Shown here piece by piece: positions 46,373 to 56,278 of a stretch of 64,000 bases of DNA. A model generated the notes under the pieces. That model saw nothing but the letters and a program-made list of their open reading frames with translations. It was not told where the DNA came from and searched no databases. Made by a program: the position numbers and the translations under genes. Each line of letters opens with the position of its first letter. Position 1 is the stretch's first letter. This DNA comes from an uncultured Acidobacteriota bacterium (GTDB taxonomy: Bacteria; Acidobacteriota; Terriglobia; Acidiferrales; UBA7541), in contig CAWCZV010000015.1 in assembly GCA_963800095.1 (NCBI GenBank), forward strand, positions 35,661 through 99,660. The letters run 5' to 3'.

Positions 46373-47059
46373 TCAGCCCTTCTTGTCCCCGTTCGAGCCG
46401 CTCCCCTCGGATGCGCCGTCGCCTGCAGGCGCATCGGTAGACGCGGGGGCCGGGACGATGATGGGCGAGTGCGGAGGGGTCAAGGTTCTGTTCGCCGCCG
46501 TTCCCTCCGCAGTGGAGGGTGTGCCCGTGGTCAGCAATCGATTCAGGATCGGGATATTCACGCGTTGCGATTCCACGAAGTCGACGCCTTCGGCCGTCAG
46601 CGTGAAATCCGAATTGTCCGATCGCGTGATGTAACCTTTGTTCCGAAGATACCAGGCTGTGAATTCCAAATAATCGCGGGGAAACCCCATCCGGCTTTCC
46701 ACATCCAGAAGTGAGACTTCCGGCTTGTACGGGTTCGTCCGGCGCTGGATATAGAGCAACGCCAGTACTCCCAACCGCCGGTTCAACTCGCCCTCCATGC
46801 TGTCCATGAAATCGATCGTCGTGGACAGGGGGACCGTCTGGGGCCCGTCTACTTTGCGAGCGGCGTCGTATTCGACGCGGCGCGCCGGATCGGACAATAC
46901 GTCGTAGGCCTGCTTCAATAAGAAAAACTTTTCAGCGTCGCCAGTCTCAGGGTTATCCGGGTGAAGGCGGACAGCGAGAAACCGGTAAACACGGTGGATG
47001 GTGTCGACCTCGGCATTGGGGCTGATTTGGAGGAATTCGTAATAATCCGGAATTTCCAT
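46373..47059 (-). CDS. J-domain (DnaJ-like) protein with a C-terminal winged-helix-like region
   Basis: YYEFLQISPNAEVDTIHRVYRFLAVRLHPDNPETGD contains the HPD tripeptide. There is no Zn-finger or canonical DnaJ C-terminal domain. Confidence 0.75.
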   Translation of the reverse strand: MEIPDYYEFLQISPNAEVDTIHRVYRFLAVRLHPDNPETGDAEKFFLLKQAYDVLSDPARRVEYDAARKVDGPQTVPLSTTIDFMDSMEGELNRRLGVLALLYIQRRTNPYKPEVSLLDVESRMGFPRDYLEFTAWYLRNKGYITRSDNSDFTLTAEGVDFVESQRVNIPILNRLLTTGTPSTAEGTAANRTLTPPHSPIIVPAPASTDAPAGDGASEGSGSNGDKKG

Positions 47060-47192
47060 TAAGGTCTCCGCCTGGAAACGCTTCTCGCTTGATAGATTAA
47101 GATAGCGTGGAGGCTCCCCGACGTAAACGCAATCATGGCGTTAGAGGTCGTAAGGTTAACTGACGGGTGATCGTTGCGGCCCCTCCAGCGCG

Positions 47193-50100
47193 TTACCTGT
47201 CGAACAGGTCTCGCTCCAGAGACAGGCCAAGTTTTGCGGCCACACGTTCAGCATCTACAGTTTTGTCAGGTAGCGCCAATTCAACCGTTCCCGCGGCCTG
47301 CACCGTTACGGGCATGCCGAGGGACGCCAGCACGTTCCACAATTTTTGGTCGAGGTCGGTGAGATCGGCTCGGCTTCCGAATGGGGATCCCACGTTGCTC
47401 GGCCCCTGCACCGCAAGCGCGCGATAGTGTCCCGGAGGCACAGCTTGCAAAGTCTGGAGCATGGGGTCGTCTCCGCTAGTAGTGCTGCAGAGCAGGCGCG
47501 GCTGGATAGTCGAGGCTGAATTCGGTTCCTGATCGGCGATTGGACGGACGAATAGCGGATCGGGAAAGAGGACCACTCCATACTGCGGGTACGCCGATTT
47601 GCTGCAAGTCTCGCGGACGGAAGGCTCGGCCATGGGCAGTGAGCCGGCGGGTATTATTTTTGCATTAACTTGCCCCGATTCGCCGCTGACCTCGATTTCG
47701 AGTTTTGCCGAAGCCCCCGCGGAAACATGGAAGAAGCGACCTTTGATTTCGCGTCCATCGAGCCGAATCGACTGGATATACAGAGGCGCGCGTAGACCAA
47801 GATCCACCTCGTAATCGCCGCTATCCTCCAGCCCGATGCTGAAGCTGCCGTCCGCGGATAATTTCGCGGAGAACGGCTGCCTGTACTCGCGCGGAATCAG
47901 CGTGATTCGCTGCTGGGTTACATCAAACGTATTGGTCCAAGCCTCCGGCAGATGGCTGAAGTGCACGGTCCCCGTGACCGTGGGGAGCGCCAACGGGGTG
48001 ACGCTCACTTCCGCCATTCCATCCCGAATGTCAATTTTCTGCGAGGCCAGCAAATGTGTGACCGGCCCGTACGGCCCCGACCAGGTCATTGGCTCGGGGC
48101 CGTAAGCACTATTTAAGGTCAAGAGGAAATGTCCGCCTGAGATATTGACGAAAGAGAAGCGATGCTCCGCATCCAGAGGCGCCGTCGCCACGAAGCTCAT
48201 CTCCCCGGAATCACGCACATCGAGCAGCAACACCCAGAACCGATTGCCCACCGTCGCAGGAAGATCGCCGTTCACCTTGCCGCGGAACGAAAAAGTCTTC
48301 TTATAATTCGGTGGAATTCGCAGGTTCAGCGTCGTACTTTTGCCGCAGCCCACATCCTTGCCGGCTTGCACGAGCACATGAGCGGCCGTGGCGAGGGTGC
48401 CGTCCGGAGAGAAAAACACAATGCGGTTCACGTCCAGCGGCGAAGCGAAAAAGTATTCACCCGGAAGCAATCCATCGACATGAAAAAGTCCGTAGTCATC
48501 CGTTTGCACCCTGGACCCTCCGGTCCGTTCCGGTTGAAAGACTCCGTCATGGTAGCGCTGTGGGAAGATGCGTATTCTGGCTTGCGGCACGCCCAGCGAG
48601 TCGGTCACCTGGCCGCAGATTGCGCTTAGCTTCGATGGGGACAGCTTCAAACCCCGGATACGCGCGCCACGCGCGACCACGATGGGCGTGCCGCGGTCGC
48701 CTCCTTCCAGCGCACCGTACTCGGTTGTCACCAGGCCCTTGCCTTCGGCGCGCAGTGTGTAAACGCCGGGATCGACTGCGCTGAATTGGAAGCTGCCATT
48801 CGCGCCCACATGCGCCACGTATTCTGCAGAGGCATTCGAGTTGTACCGGGCGGCTTGGAGCTTGACCGCCGTGCCTGCCGCGCTTGCGCCTACCACGTTT
48901 CCCGCCACGCTGCCCTTCGGCCGTGTCCACGCCACTTCCCAGCGCGGCTCGCGTCGCTCATCGCGGGAGAGATGCCCGGCGGCATGCGCAAGGTCGCCGC
49001 TTATATTGATGACCATACTCATGGGCTGAGGCAACCCTACCGTGAACTTCCGTCCGTCGGATGGCCTACCATCCACGAGGATGGAATCCAGGTAGAAGGC
49101 CTCGCGCGCAAACGGCCCAACAGAAACCGTGTATTCTCCCGGCGCGACGTTGTGAAAGCTGAATCGATTTTTTTCGTCCAGAACTACTGATTGAAACTGG
49201 CCATCGCCTTCGCGCAGAATGCTCACTTGTACTCTCGGCCCCCCGGCGGGGCAACTCACGTTGTGCGCCATGCCGGGCACCTCGCCTGAAAGGGAGGCCA
49301 TGGCCCGCGGAGTCAGCTCCACGCCATCGATTGCGGCCGCCCCTACTTGGAGGTGCTGAACATCGAAGACTACCTTGTGCGCTGGAAGCTCTCTCCAATA
49401 CTCAATGGAGTGATCGTCGCTCAAGACGAGATCGTAGTCGCCCTGGCACACTGTGGCGCTGAATTTGTCGCCGGACTTGTAGACATTGTTGATATTCGAG
49501 GCGATGGGTACTCCCATGCTTCCGCCCGCGGGGTTTGTCGAGAGGAACAGTACCTTGTACCGCGCGTTGGCATTGTCGGGTACAGCGGCGATCTGCCCGG
49601 AAACCCTAGTCGATTGGCAACCGGTGTATTGCAATGGAATTTCAAGGCCGCATCCCGAGGGAGTTCCGTCGCCCACGACGATCGGCTCCGCGCCGTTAAA
49701 ATTGAAGGACCCCGGGTAGTAGGTCATATAGCCTTGCAGGTAATACGTGCCAGGCGCCACATCTTTGATCAGGAAGCTGCCATCCGCTCCTGTATGAGGT
49801 AAAAATGTCTGGGAGAGCGTTCCAAACTCAGGGTTATATCTGAAGGCGTTCACCCAGGTGTCGTTTTTCGGCGCGCCATTTTCCGTCACACGCCCGCAGA
49901 GCGAAATACTCGGCTTTACTGAGATGACGACATCTCTGCGTCTCTCGCCCGGCCGCAACGTAATGGGTTCCGGCACAGGAAGCGTGAAACCGCTCGTCTC
50001 GGACTCCAATCGGTAGGCGCCCGGTTCAATATTCGCGAAGTGAAAGCTACCGTCCTTCGCGGTCTTCTCCTCATAGCCGTCGTAATACCGCACAGGATTC

Positions 50101-50276
50101 TGATCGACCGCCCGCAGGTGCAGTACGATGGGCGCGCCGTCCGCCCCTTTTACCGTCCCAGACAGCTCCGCGGTCGCATTGCTCTTTTGCTGGGCGTGTG
50201 TATGCGCGCAGGAAATAAGCGCCAGCACAACGAGCGCAGAAACCGCCACCGAACGAATCAGGACATACCCACGCAT
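47193..50276 (-). CDS. Secreted ~1030-aa protein built from tandem CarboxypepD_reg-like beta-sandwich repeats
   Basis: Signal peptide from ATG 50276. Nine recurrences of the repeat-ending motif (IEPGAYRL, VAPGTYYL, CQGDYDLV, VAPGEYTV, VDPGVYTL, LLPGEYFF, ISGGHFLL, EDSGDYEV, VPPGHYRA). I see no TonB-receptor plug or barrel. Confidence 0.65.
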   Translation of the reverse strand: MRGYVLIRSVAVSALVVLALISCAHTHAQQKSNATAELSGTVKGADGAPIVLHLRAVDQNPVRYYDGYEEKTAKDGSFHFANIEPGAYRLESETSGFTLPVPEPITLRPGERRRDVVISVKPSISLCGRVTENGAPKNDTWVNAFRYNPEFGTLSQTFLPHTGADGSFLIKDVAPGTYYLQGYMTYYPGSFNFNGAEPIVVGDGTPSGCGLEIPLQYTGCQSTRVSGQIAAVPDNANARYKVLFLSTNPAGGSMGVPIASNINNVYKSGDKFSATVCQGDYDLVLSDDHSIEYWRELPAHKVVFDVQHLQVGAAAIDGVELTPRAMASLSGEVPGMAHNVSCPAGGPRVQVSILREGDGQFQSVVLDEKNRFSFHNVAPGEYTVSVGPFAREAFYLDSILVDGRPSDGRKFTVGLPQPMSMVINISGDLAHAAGHLSRDERREPRWEVAWTRPKGSVAGNVVGASAAGTAVKLQAARYNSNASAEYVAHVGANGSFQFSAVDPGVYTLRAEGKGLVTTEYGALEGGDRGTPIVVARGARIRGLKLSPSKLSAICGQVTDSLGVPQARIRIFPQRYHDGVFQPERTGGSRVQTDDYGLFHVDGLLPGEYFFASPLDVNRIVFFSPDGTLATAAHVLVQAGKDVGCGKSTTLNLRIPPNYKKTFSFRGKVNGDLPATVGNRFWVLLLDVRDSGEMSFVATAPLDAEHRFSFVNISGGHFLLTLNSAYGPEPMTWSGPYGPVTHLLASQKIDIRDGMAEVSVTPLALPTVTGTVHFSHLPEAWTNTFDVTQQRITLIPREYRQPFSAKLSADGSFSIGLEDSGDYEVDLGLRAPLYIQSIRLDGREIKGRFFHVSAGASAKLEIEVSGESGQVNAKIIPAGSLPMAEPSVRETCSKSAYPQYGVVLFPDPLFVRPIADQEPNSASTIQPRLLCSTTSGDDPMLQTLQAVPPGHYRALAVQGPSNVGSPFGSRADLTDLDQKLWNVLASLGMPVTVQAAGTVELALPDKTVDAERVAAKLGLSLERDLFDR

Positions 50277-50522
50277 CCCGCTCTCCACCCCGGGCCGGTT
50301 GAGGCCGGCCGAAAAAGCAGTTGCCACTACGGATTCATTGACCTTAGTTCTAGCATGAAACCGGCAGAATCTGTGGACGATACATCCTCACAGACTCACC
50401 TGTACCAGGGGCCATTCGAGCCAACTGCCGATTTCGGATAAACCACCTCTTACATGGATGCACTTTTCGATGAATTGGTTCAAAGTGGAATTGCACCCCA
50501 AAGTGGCTCCAATAACGTGGCT

Positions 50523-51501
50523 TGTGCCTATCCGGTTGACTCCACAGGCCCCAAGGGATAGTGTCGGGTGCGATGCGCCCGGAGTATCCTCGGTCATTGC
50601 ACGAGTTTAGAAGGCTCTTTAACGATGAGGCCGCCTGTCGCCAGTACCTTGCGCGGAGCCGATGGCCCGAGGGCTTCCAGTGTCCACGGTGCCAGCAGGG
50701 CGAGGCCCTCGAACTACCAACCCGTCTCTTGTGGCGGTGTCGAGCGTGCAGGCACGACACCTCGGTCACGGCGGGGACCGTGCTCCACCGAACCAGAGTC
50801 CCGCTGACACAGTGGTTCTGGGCCGCCTACCTGGTCTCGACTCAGACCCCGGGCTTCTCAGCGCTCCAACTCCAGCGGCAGTTGGGACTCCGCCGATACG
50901 AGACGGCCTGGGCCATGCTGCAGAAGCTTCGTCGCGCCATGGTGCACCCGGATCGGGAGCCTCTCAAGGACAAGGTCGAGGTGGATGAGACCTACATCGG
51001 CGGGCGAGAAGTGGGCCTACGTGGGGGGCGCCACGTCCTTGACAAGGCGATCGTTGTGGGCGCGGTAGAGGTCAGGGGCGAAGCTTCCGGAAGGGTACGC
51101 CTCCAAGTGGTTCCCGACGTCTCGGCCCGGTCTCTGACCGGCTTCGTGAGAACGAACGTGGCTGCGGGAGCGATTGTAGTCACTGACGGCTGGGGAGGCT
51201 ACGACCCCCTCCCGAAGCTGGGGTACCGGCACCGACCGCACACGCAGGGCGACCGTCGAAGGTCGACCCAGATTCTGCCGCGCATCCATCGTGTCTTTGG
51301 GAACCTCAAGACCTGGCTTCGTGGCACCCATCACGGCGTCGGCCACGCCCATCTTCAAGCCTACCTGGACGAGTTCGTTTTTCGGTTTAATCGCAGGCGA
51401 ACACCGATGGCCGCCTTCCAGACGCTTCTCGGACTGGGTAGCCAGCAGCAACCCACCACATACAATCAGTTGTACCGAGTGGAGCTAAACGGATAGGCAC
51501 G
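50523..51501 (+). mobile_element. IS1595-family insertion sequence (979 bp)
   Basis: Imperfect ~21-bp IRs, TGTGCCTATCCGGTTGACTCC versus the reverse complement CGTGCCTATCCGTTTAGCTCC (17/21). They are flanked by an 8-bp direct duplication ACGTGGCT (50515-50522 and 51502-51509). An 8-bp TSD fits IS1595. Confidence 0.8.
50561..51496 (+). CDS. IS1595-family (ISXO2-like) transposase
   Basis: N-terminal zinc ribbon CPRC...CRAC, followed by a DDE domain. The stop codon lies inside the right IR. Confidence 0.85.
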   Translation: MSGAMRPEYPRSLHEFRRLFNDEAACRQYLARSRWPEGFQCPRCQQGEALELPTRLLWRCRACRHDTSVTAGTVLHRTRVPLTQWFWAAYLVSTQTPGFSALQLQRQLGLRRYETAWAMLQKLRRAMVHPDREPLKDKVEVDETYIGGREVGLRGGRHVLDKAIVVGAVEVRGEASGRVRLQVVPDVSARSLTGFVRTNVAAGAIVVTDGWGGYDPLPKLGYRHRPHTQGDRRRSTQILPRIHRVFGNLKTWLRGTHHGVGHAHLQAYLDEFVFRFNRRRTPMAAFQTLLGLGSQQQPTTYNQLYRVELNG

Positions 51502-51596
51502 ACGTGGCTTAATTCAAAGGTACTCTCGTACCAGGCCGCCATTACCTGGGAACCATTTTCTTCTTGCTTGCCTATCTCTAACCTTATGGAGTATCT

Positions 51597-53198
51597 ATGA
51601 CCACCATGGCCGCCCCACCGATTGCTGAAAGGCCCGCGAGGACCAAGACTCCGCGGCGCGTTGCGCGTCATCGAGTCGCAGGCCTGATGTACCTTGATCT
51701 AGGCTCCGGAAACGGGGGATTTCCGATCAACATCAGCGAAGACGGAATGGGCTTTCAAGGGGTTACCCCGCTAGAGCAAGACCAGGAAATTTGCGTCAAG
51801 TTCAAGCTGGACGGCGTCGCTGACCTCGTGACCGCTAAGGCCAAAGTTGTGTGGCTGACGGAGACTCGAAAAGGCGGTGGCCTGCAGTTCATTGATTTAG
51901 CGGAAGACTCCCGGCGCCAGATTAACGAGTGGATCGCGCTTCAGGGGCAGGTTGGCAGGCCCTTAGCGAGGCCAGCCGCGGCAATTTCGCGTGTCGAACC
52001 GGAGGCTCCAAGACCTGCTCCCGCTGTTCCTTTGGTAGCCGATCAGGGCGATACCCCGACTCAGAGCATTCCTGTTTTTGCGATGCAACTGCCAAGTTCT
52101 TCGCTGCCCGCGGGGAATGAGGTGCCAATCATTGCGCCGAATGAAACCCCCGACAAGGCTGGACTGCTTGTCAACGATAGCCTCCCGAAATTGCCATCGG
52201 ACTCTTCGGCAGGTCTGAAGCGACTTTCTCAGATTCCAGCTCAACCCGCGAAGGGCAAAAAGAAGCAAACATGGGTCAGGTCGTCCGTGTTTATGGTGGG
52301 GTTGGCTGCCTCTATCGCGATGATCGTCGTTTCCGGAGCGATTCTATGGCCCCTCCGCGGAACCTTGCTCGGGCACTCCGTTAGCGATAAGCCGGCTCAG
52401 ACGGTGATTCAGCCACCCTCTATGCCAATAGCCGCGCAGCCGCCAGAAAAAGCTGATGTTGAGCCATCGAACGAGCCAACATCGTTTGAATCGTTGCCGC
52501 TGGCTCCCATTGTGAATGCGCAAGAAAATCCGACGGTACTTGTTCCACTGAACGTTGTGACGAGCGGCCCGAGCCATCCGGTGGAAAACCCAAAACCGTT
52601 AGCGCCGAAAATTAATCCTCGGTCCACAACAAAGGTTCCGGCCTCCTCTGTAACCGCCATCCGGCCAGCGGCCCCTGCAATCGTGCCTGCGCGGGCCGAG
52701 CAACCCGTTGCGCTACCAGCCGACACGGTTCCGGCAGACAGCAAGCAACTTCCAGCTGCCGGACCCGTTGAGGAGAAAGCCTCATCTCCCTCACCAAAGC
52801 TACCCGAAAATTCCGTGAGTGCGACAGGGTCCATCGAAATCATTCCCGACCCGTATCCCTCGATTCGAGTGCCGGCGGAATCCAAGGCGCGGTTATCGCG
52901 GCCAGGGACCAGCATTCAGATTGGGCGCCTCGTCTCCAAAGCCGAGCCGGTCTACCCGGCGGAAGCGCTACGACAGCGGATGGCAGGGACGGTCAAGGTG
53001 CATGTCATTGTCGGAGCGAATGGGGCCGTGGAGAAAGCCGAGCTGTTGAGTGGACCATCGTTGCTTGAGGAAGCAGCTCTTCGCGCCGTTCAACAATGGC
53101 GGTATGAGCCGACAACGCTGGGGAGCGAGGCAATTGAAGTGGAAGAAGACATTACCGTGGTGTTTCGGATTACAAGTCCGCCGCCTGCAGCAAATTAG
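51597..53198 (+). CDS. PilZ domain - Pro-rich linker - TonB C-terminal domain fusion protein
   Basis: The N-terminus has RRVAR (RxxxR) and NISEDG (D/NxSxxG), the PilZ c-di-GMP motifs. A central TM segment is followed by a long P/A/S-rich spacer. The C-terminal YPAEALRQRMAGTVKVHVIVGANGAVEKAELLSGPSLLEEAALRAVQQWRYEP is a TonB_C signature. Confidence 0.7.
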   Translation: MTTMAAPPIAERPARTKTPRRVARHRVAGLMYLDLGSGNGGFPINISEDGMGFQGVTPLEQDQEICVKFKLDGVADLVTAKAKVVWLTETRKGGGLQFIDLAEDSRRQINEWIALQGQVGRPLARPAAAISRVEPEAPRPAPAVPLVADQGDTPTQSIPVFAMQLPSSSLPAGNEVPIIAPNETPDKAGLLVNDSLPKLPSDSSAGLKRLSQIPAQPAKGKKKQTWVRSSVFMVGLAASIAMIVVSGAILWPLRGTLLGHSVSDKPAQTVIQPPSMPIAAQPPEKADVEPSNEPTSFESLPLAPIVNAQENPTVLVPLNVVTSGPSHPVENPKPLAPKINPRSTTKVPASSVTAIRPAAPAIVPARAEQPVALPADTVPADSKQLPAAGPVEEKASSPSPKLPENSVSATGSIEIIPDPYPSIRVPAESKARLSRPGTSIQIGRLVSKAEPVYPAEALRQRMAGTVKVHVIVGANGAVEKAELLSGPSLLEEAALRAVQQWRYEPTTLGSEAIEVEEDITVVFRITSPPPAAN

Positions 53199-53232
53199 GG
53201 GAGATTGTTTCAGGGATTGTGCGCCCCGTCGC

Positions 53233-53937
53233 TCAGGGAGCGGCAGGGCTAATGGGCGCATGGTTTTCTGAGAGCACGACGGCCGCGGCTGTGCCCGCCG
53301 CGATTCCTCCGCCAGCCAAACCGAGATAAATCCATAAATGGCGCCTTCCAGCTGACTGAGTGCCGGCTGGCAGGGGCTTGTCCAGCGCCGCCAATTCACC
53401 TTTTGGGGAAATTCGCGCGGACTGGCCGGCCTGGAGGAAAAGACCGGGAGCTTGCTGCAGGGGGATTACCCCTACGTTGCCCGCCGAACATGTAATCACG
53501 AACGAACCGTCCGCCAATTTCTCGATTGTCGCAGTTGTTCGCTCATTTCGGTTGGTCGGGACGACCGCAAAATTTCCAGCTCGCACAACGGCGCCGCTCG
53601 TCCCTTCCAGAGATTTTACGGAGATCCCACCCGATTCCAATTCAGCGAAGTATTGTGGGTCTCCGGCGAATACAACCTGGCTTTGGCGGGCAATCTGGAA
53701 GGAGTTATTCACACTGGTTGTCAGTATCGCCGTCCCGGATTCTCCCGTGCGCACGGCGTCGCCCGGAAAGATCGTCAACTCCGAGGGGGCTCGAGTTCCA
53801 TTTACGAATACTTCCCCGGACGAATTCAAGGAGCCAAGACTTTGCCGCTGCGGATCAGGCGATGCAACTTGGCCAAGCGCGGATGTGGCCAACAGCAAAA
53901 TTGGCATCAGGAATGCTGTTCTCTTTATGAACGACAT
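53233..53937 (-). CDS. FecR-domain protein with signal peptide and C-terminal TM anchor
   Basis: GEVFVNGTRAPSELTIFPGDAVRTGESGTAILTT resembles the FecR sensor fold. The C-terminal hydrophobic segment is LWIYLGLAGGGIAAGTAAAVVL. Confidence 0.5.
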   Translation of the reverse strand: MSFIKRTAFLMPILLLATSALGQVASPDPQRQSLGSLNSSGEVFVNGTRAPSELTIFPGDAVRTGESGTAILTTSVNNSFQIARQSQVVFAGDPQYFAELESGGISVKSLEGTSGAVVRAGNFAVVPTNRNERTTATIEKLADGSFVITCSAGNVGVIPLQQAPGLFLQAGQSARISPKGELAALDKPLPAGTQSAGRRHLWIYLGLAGGGIAAGTAAAVVLSENHAPISPAAP

Positions 53938-54231
53938 GCGATGAGCGTACTATGATCTGCTTTTTTACCAAGTGTTCCGGTCGGCGATGATACGAATCCG
54001 GCAACACCGTACGGCCATCGCACACCCCACCCTGAGGACGGGGGAGATGCACGATTGGTCAAACATCGAGCCGAAACCAATGCGACTCGCGAAAAGCTGC
54101 GTGATTGGAAAAAGGGCGATACGTTATACTAGCCCCAATTCGGAGTTGCTTTCGGCGAACGGTTTCGCCAGCGGATACGGGGAGTCGGCGCCTTGGACCC
54201 CGCCAACGAGAAGTTCAAAGGAGGGGTCAAC

Positions 54232-54708
54232 ATGGCAGAGCGGCGACAGCACCAGCGGCATGCCTTCTCCGCGACAACGGAAGTAGTGGATTTGACTTCC
54301 GGGGCGCGTCTGTCTACGCGCGCGGCCGATTTGAATAAAGGGGGTTGCTATCTGGACATGCTGAACCCTCTTCCTATCGGATCCAAAGTGCGAATCCGGA
54401 TCTCCTCGGCTGGAGGCGATTTGGCCTGCACCGCGGTGGTGCGGGATTCGCAGCCCGGAATGGGCATGGGAGTCGCCTTCACGGATTTGAACGACGCACA
54501 GAAAGCGCTCATCGATAGTTGGATCGAAAAGCTGGTTTCGCCCGGGCTTGCGGGTCACTCACCGTCCCCTCATTCGGAAAATGCCAAATCTGTCCCGTCT
54601 CCCGACCAAAAAGACTCACTCGCAGTCAAGCTGATCGACCTCTTACACAAAAAAGGCTTGCTCAGCTCCAACGACGTCGCCGCGTTGCTCCGTGACCGGA
54701 TCTTGTAG
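54232..54708 (+). CDS. Stand-alone PilZ-domain protein
   Basis: SD AAGGAGG precedes ATG 54232. The product has RRQHQR (RxxxR) and DLNKGG (a DxSxxG variant). Confidence 0.65.
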   Translation: MAERRQHQRHAFSATTEVVDLTSGARLSTRAADLNKGGCYLDMLNPLPIGSKVRIRISSAGGDLACTAVVRDSQPGMGMGVAFTDLNDAQKALIDSWIEKLVSPGLAGHSPSPHSENAKSVPSPDQKDSLAVKLIDLLHKKGLLSSNDVAALLRDRIL

Positions 54709-54851
54709 TCGCACGGGGTATCTGCGGTTCATCTAGACTAAGAGCTAAAAAGAGGGGCAATCTCGGCTACGGGAAGAGATGGAAATGGGCAGATGACGCC
54801 GCGCGCGCGGACCTATCGTCTGCCCGGAGTTATCGATAAAGCGGAGAGAAG

Positions 54852-55439
54852 CTACTTGGAGCCGAGTTGTTGCACGATGGCCAGTGATTTCGCCACGTGC
54901 TGATCGGGTGAAAGCCCATCGTCCTTGGACGAAAACGCCGCGATGATCTTGTGGTCTTTGCCAATTACGAAAGTTTCGCGCTCGATAAAGTCATGGTCAA
55001 TCGCGTCACCCTTCACGTCCAACTGGCCTGCTTTTACGGCGGTCGTCGCCAGATTGTAGGAGGTGGCGATTTTCTTATCCGTATCCGAGGCTACCGGAAA
55101 CTTTCCGGCGCAAAAATCCGGGTCGGCCGCAAACCGGTTGAGCCGCGCGATGCTGTCAGCCGATACGCCAATAATGCTGGCCCCGGCGGCATCGAATTTA
55201 TCTTTCTCCATTGAAAATGTATGCGCTTCAAGATCGCAGCCCTTGGTATAGGCGGAAGGGAAGAAGTAAACCACGACCGGCCCCTTCTTCAGCGCTTCTT
55301 GCAGGGAAAAATCAAATTCTTTTCCTCCCAGCGAACCGCGAGCCGAGAAATTGGGCGCCATATCGCCTACTTTGAGCGCAGCCAAAACAGGCAAGCTAAT
55401 CAGCAAGGAAACCGCAAAACCTAGAACCAATTTTTTCAT
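54852..55439 (-). CDS. Secreted peroxiredoxin (AhpC/TSA-BCP type)
   Basis: ATG 55439 gives MKKLVLGFAVSLLISLPVLAA as a signal peptide. VVVYFFPSAYTKGCDLE contains the peroxidatic Cys motif. The track start at 55724 is an over-extension. Confidence 0.8.
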   Translation of the reverse strand: MKKLVLGFAVSLLISLPVLAALKVGDMAPNFSARGSLGGKEFDFSLQEALKKGPVVVYFFPSAYTKGCDLEAHTFSMEKDKFDAAGASIIGVSADSIARLNRFAADPDFCAGKFPVASDTDKKIATSYNLATTAVKAGQLDVKGDAIDHDFIERETFVIGKDHKIIAAFSSKDDGLSPDQHVAKSLAIVQQLGSK

Positions 55440-56278
55440 AACCAATGCCTCCCTGACCATCGAAGTAAAAGGAGCATACCACAACTCGGAGCCGTTGGGA
55501 TTGTCCTCGTTCCTTTGCCGGATTCGCGCCTGTGGAAGGAGTGTCGCCGGACCGAAAGCGGCATTCCGGCAAGAGGGCTCGTAGTCGCGCCAAAGACGTC
55601 GCGGCAAACGCCCAAAAAGAACCCGGCCGCCCTGCCGGGTGGGAAGATGTGTCGATCCTCTCGCAGGTGCGGAAGATCGAAGAGTTGAGCCGGCATGCGC
55701 CAGAATCATCGATTTGGACAGCAATGGCCGGAGCGGAAGTAAGTGCCATGAAGCTCCCAGATGCCAAGGGGCATTGAAATAATTTGCATCGTAATTTCGG
55801 CAAGGCGCGGCTGAATTTTCTTGCGGTATTCCTTTCTGGCTAAGCCCAGCTCAGATTCTTTAGTTCGCTCAATCGGTCCGAATGCAATCGGCAAGTGGCC
55901 CTAGTTTCCGATAAATTGATTTTCATTTGTTCACCCGTGGTTCCAGCCTTTCGGTTTCTTTGCAACGAACTCTCACGCACATGGAAACGGGACGAGCGGA
56001 TCACTTCCGCTTACGAGTCTTCTTGGGCAGACCCAATAGGATCCGTCGCTCCTTGGCACTCATTTTGCGTTTGACAATGTCGTAGAAGATTCGCTCGATG
56101 GGGGTCTTGGGTTCGCGTAATTCCTTTTCGATTTTCTGCATCGCAAAGTCTCTGCCTCGTGAGGCACGTATTGCGTAAGTTACCATTGATCTGCAGAACC
56201 GTCGATGAATGTTTGTGTGAGCTGCTCGTCTGTGACGTCGCGGTGGCGCGCACTCCAGCTGTCATCCAAGGCTGTCAA

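Noticed and set aside
56001-56186. A 61-aa basic ORF downstream of the MEDS-domain gene.
   Set aside because: It has no convincing SD. The candidate start sits right after a hairpin (TGCCTCACGAGGCA) that looks more like the MEDS gene's 3' structure. The composition is Lys/Arg-rich low complexity.
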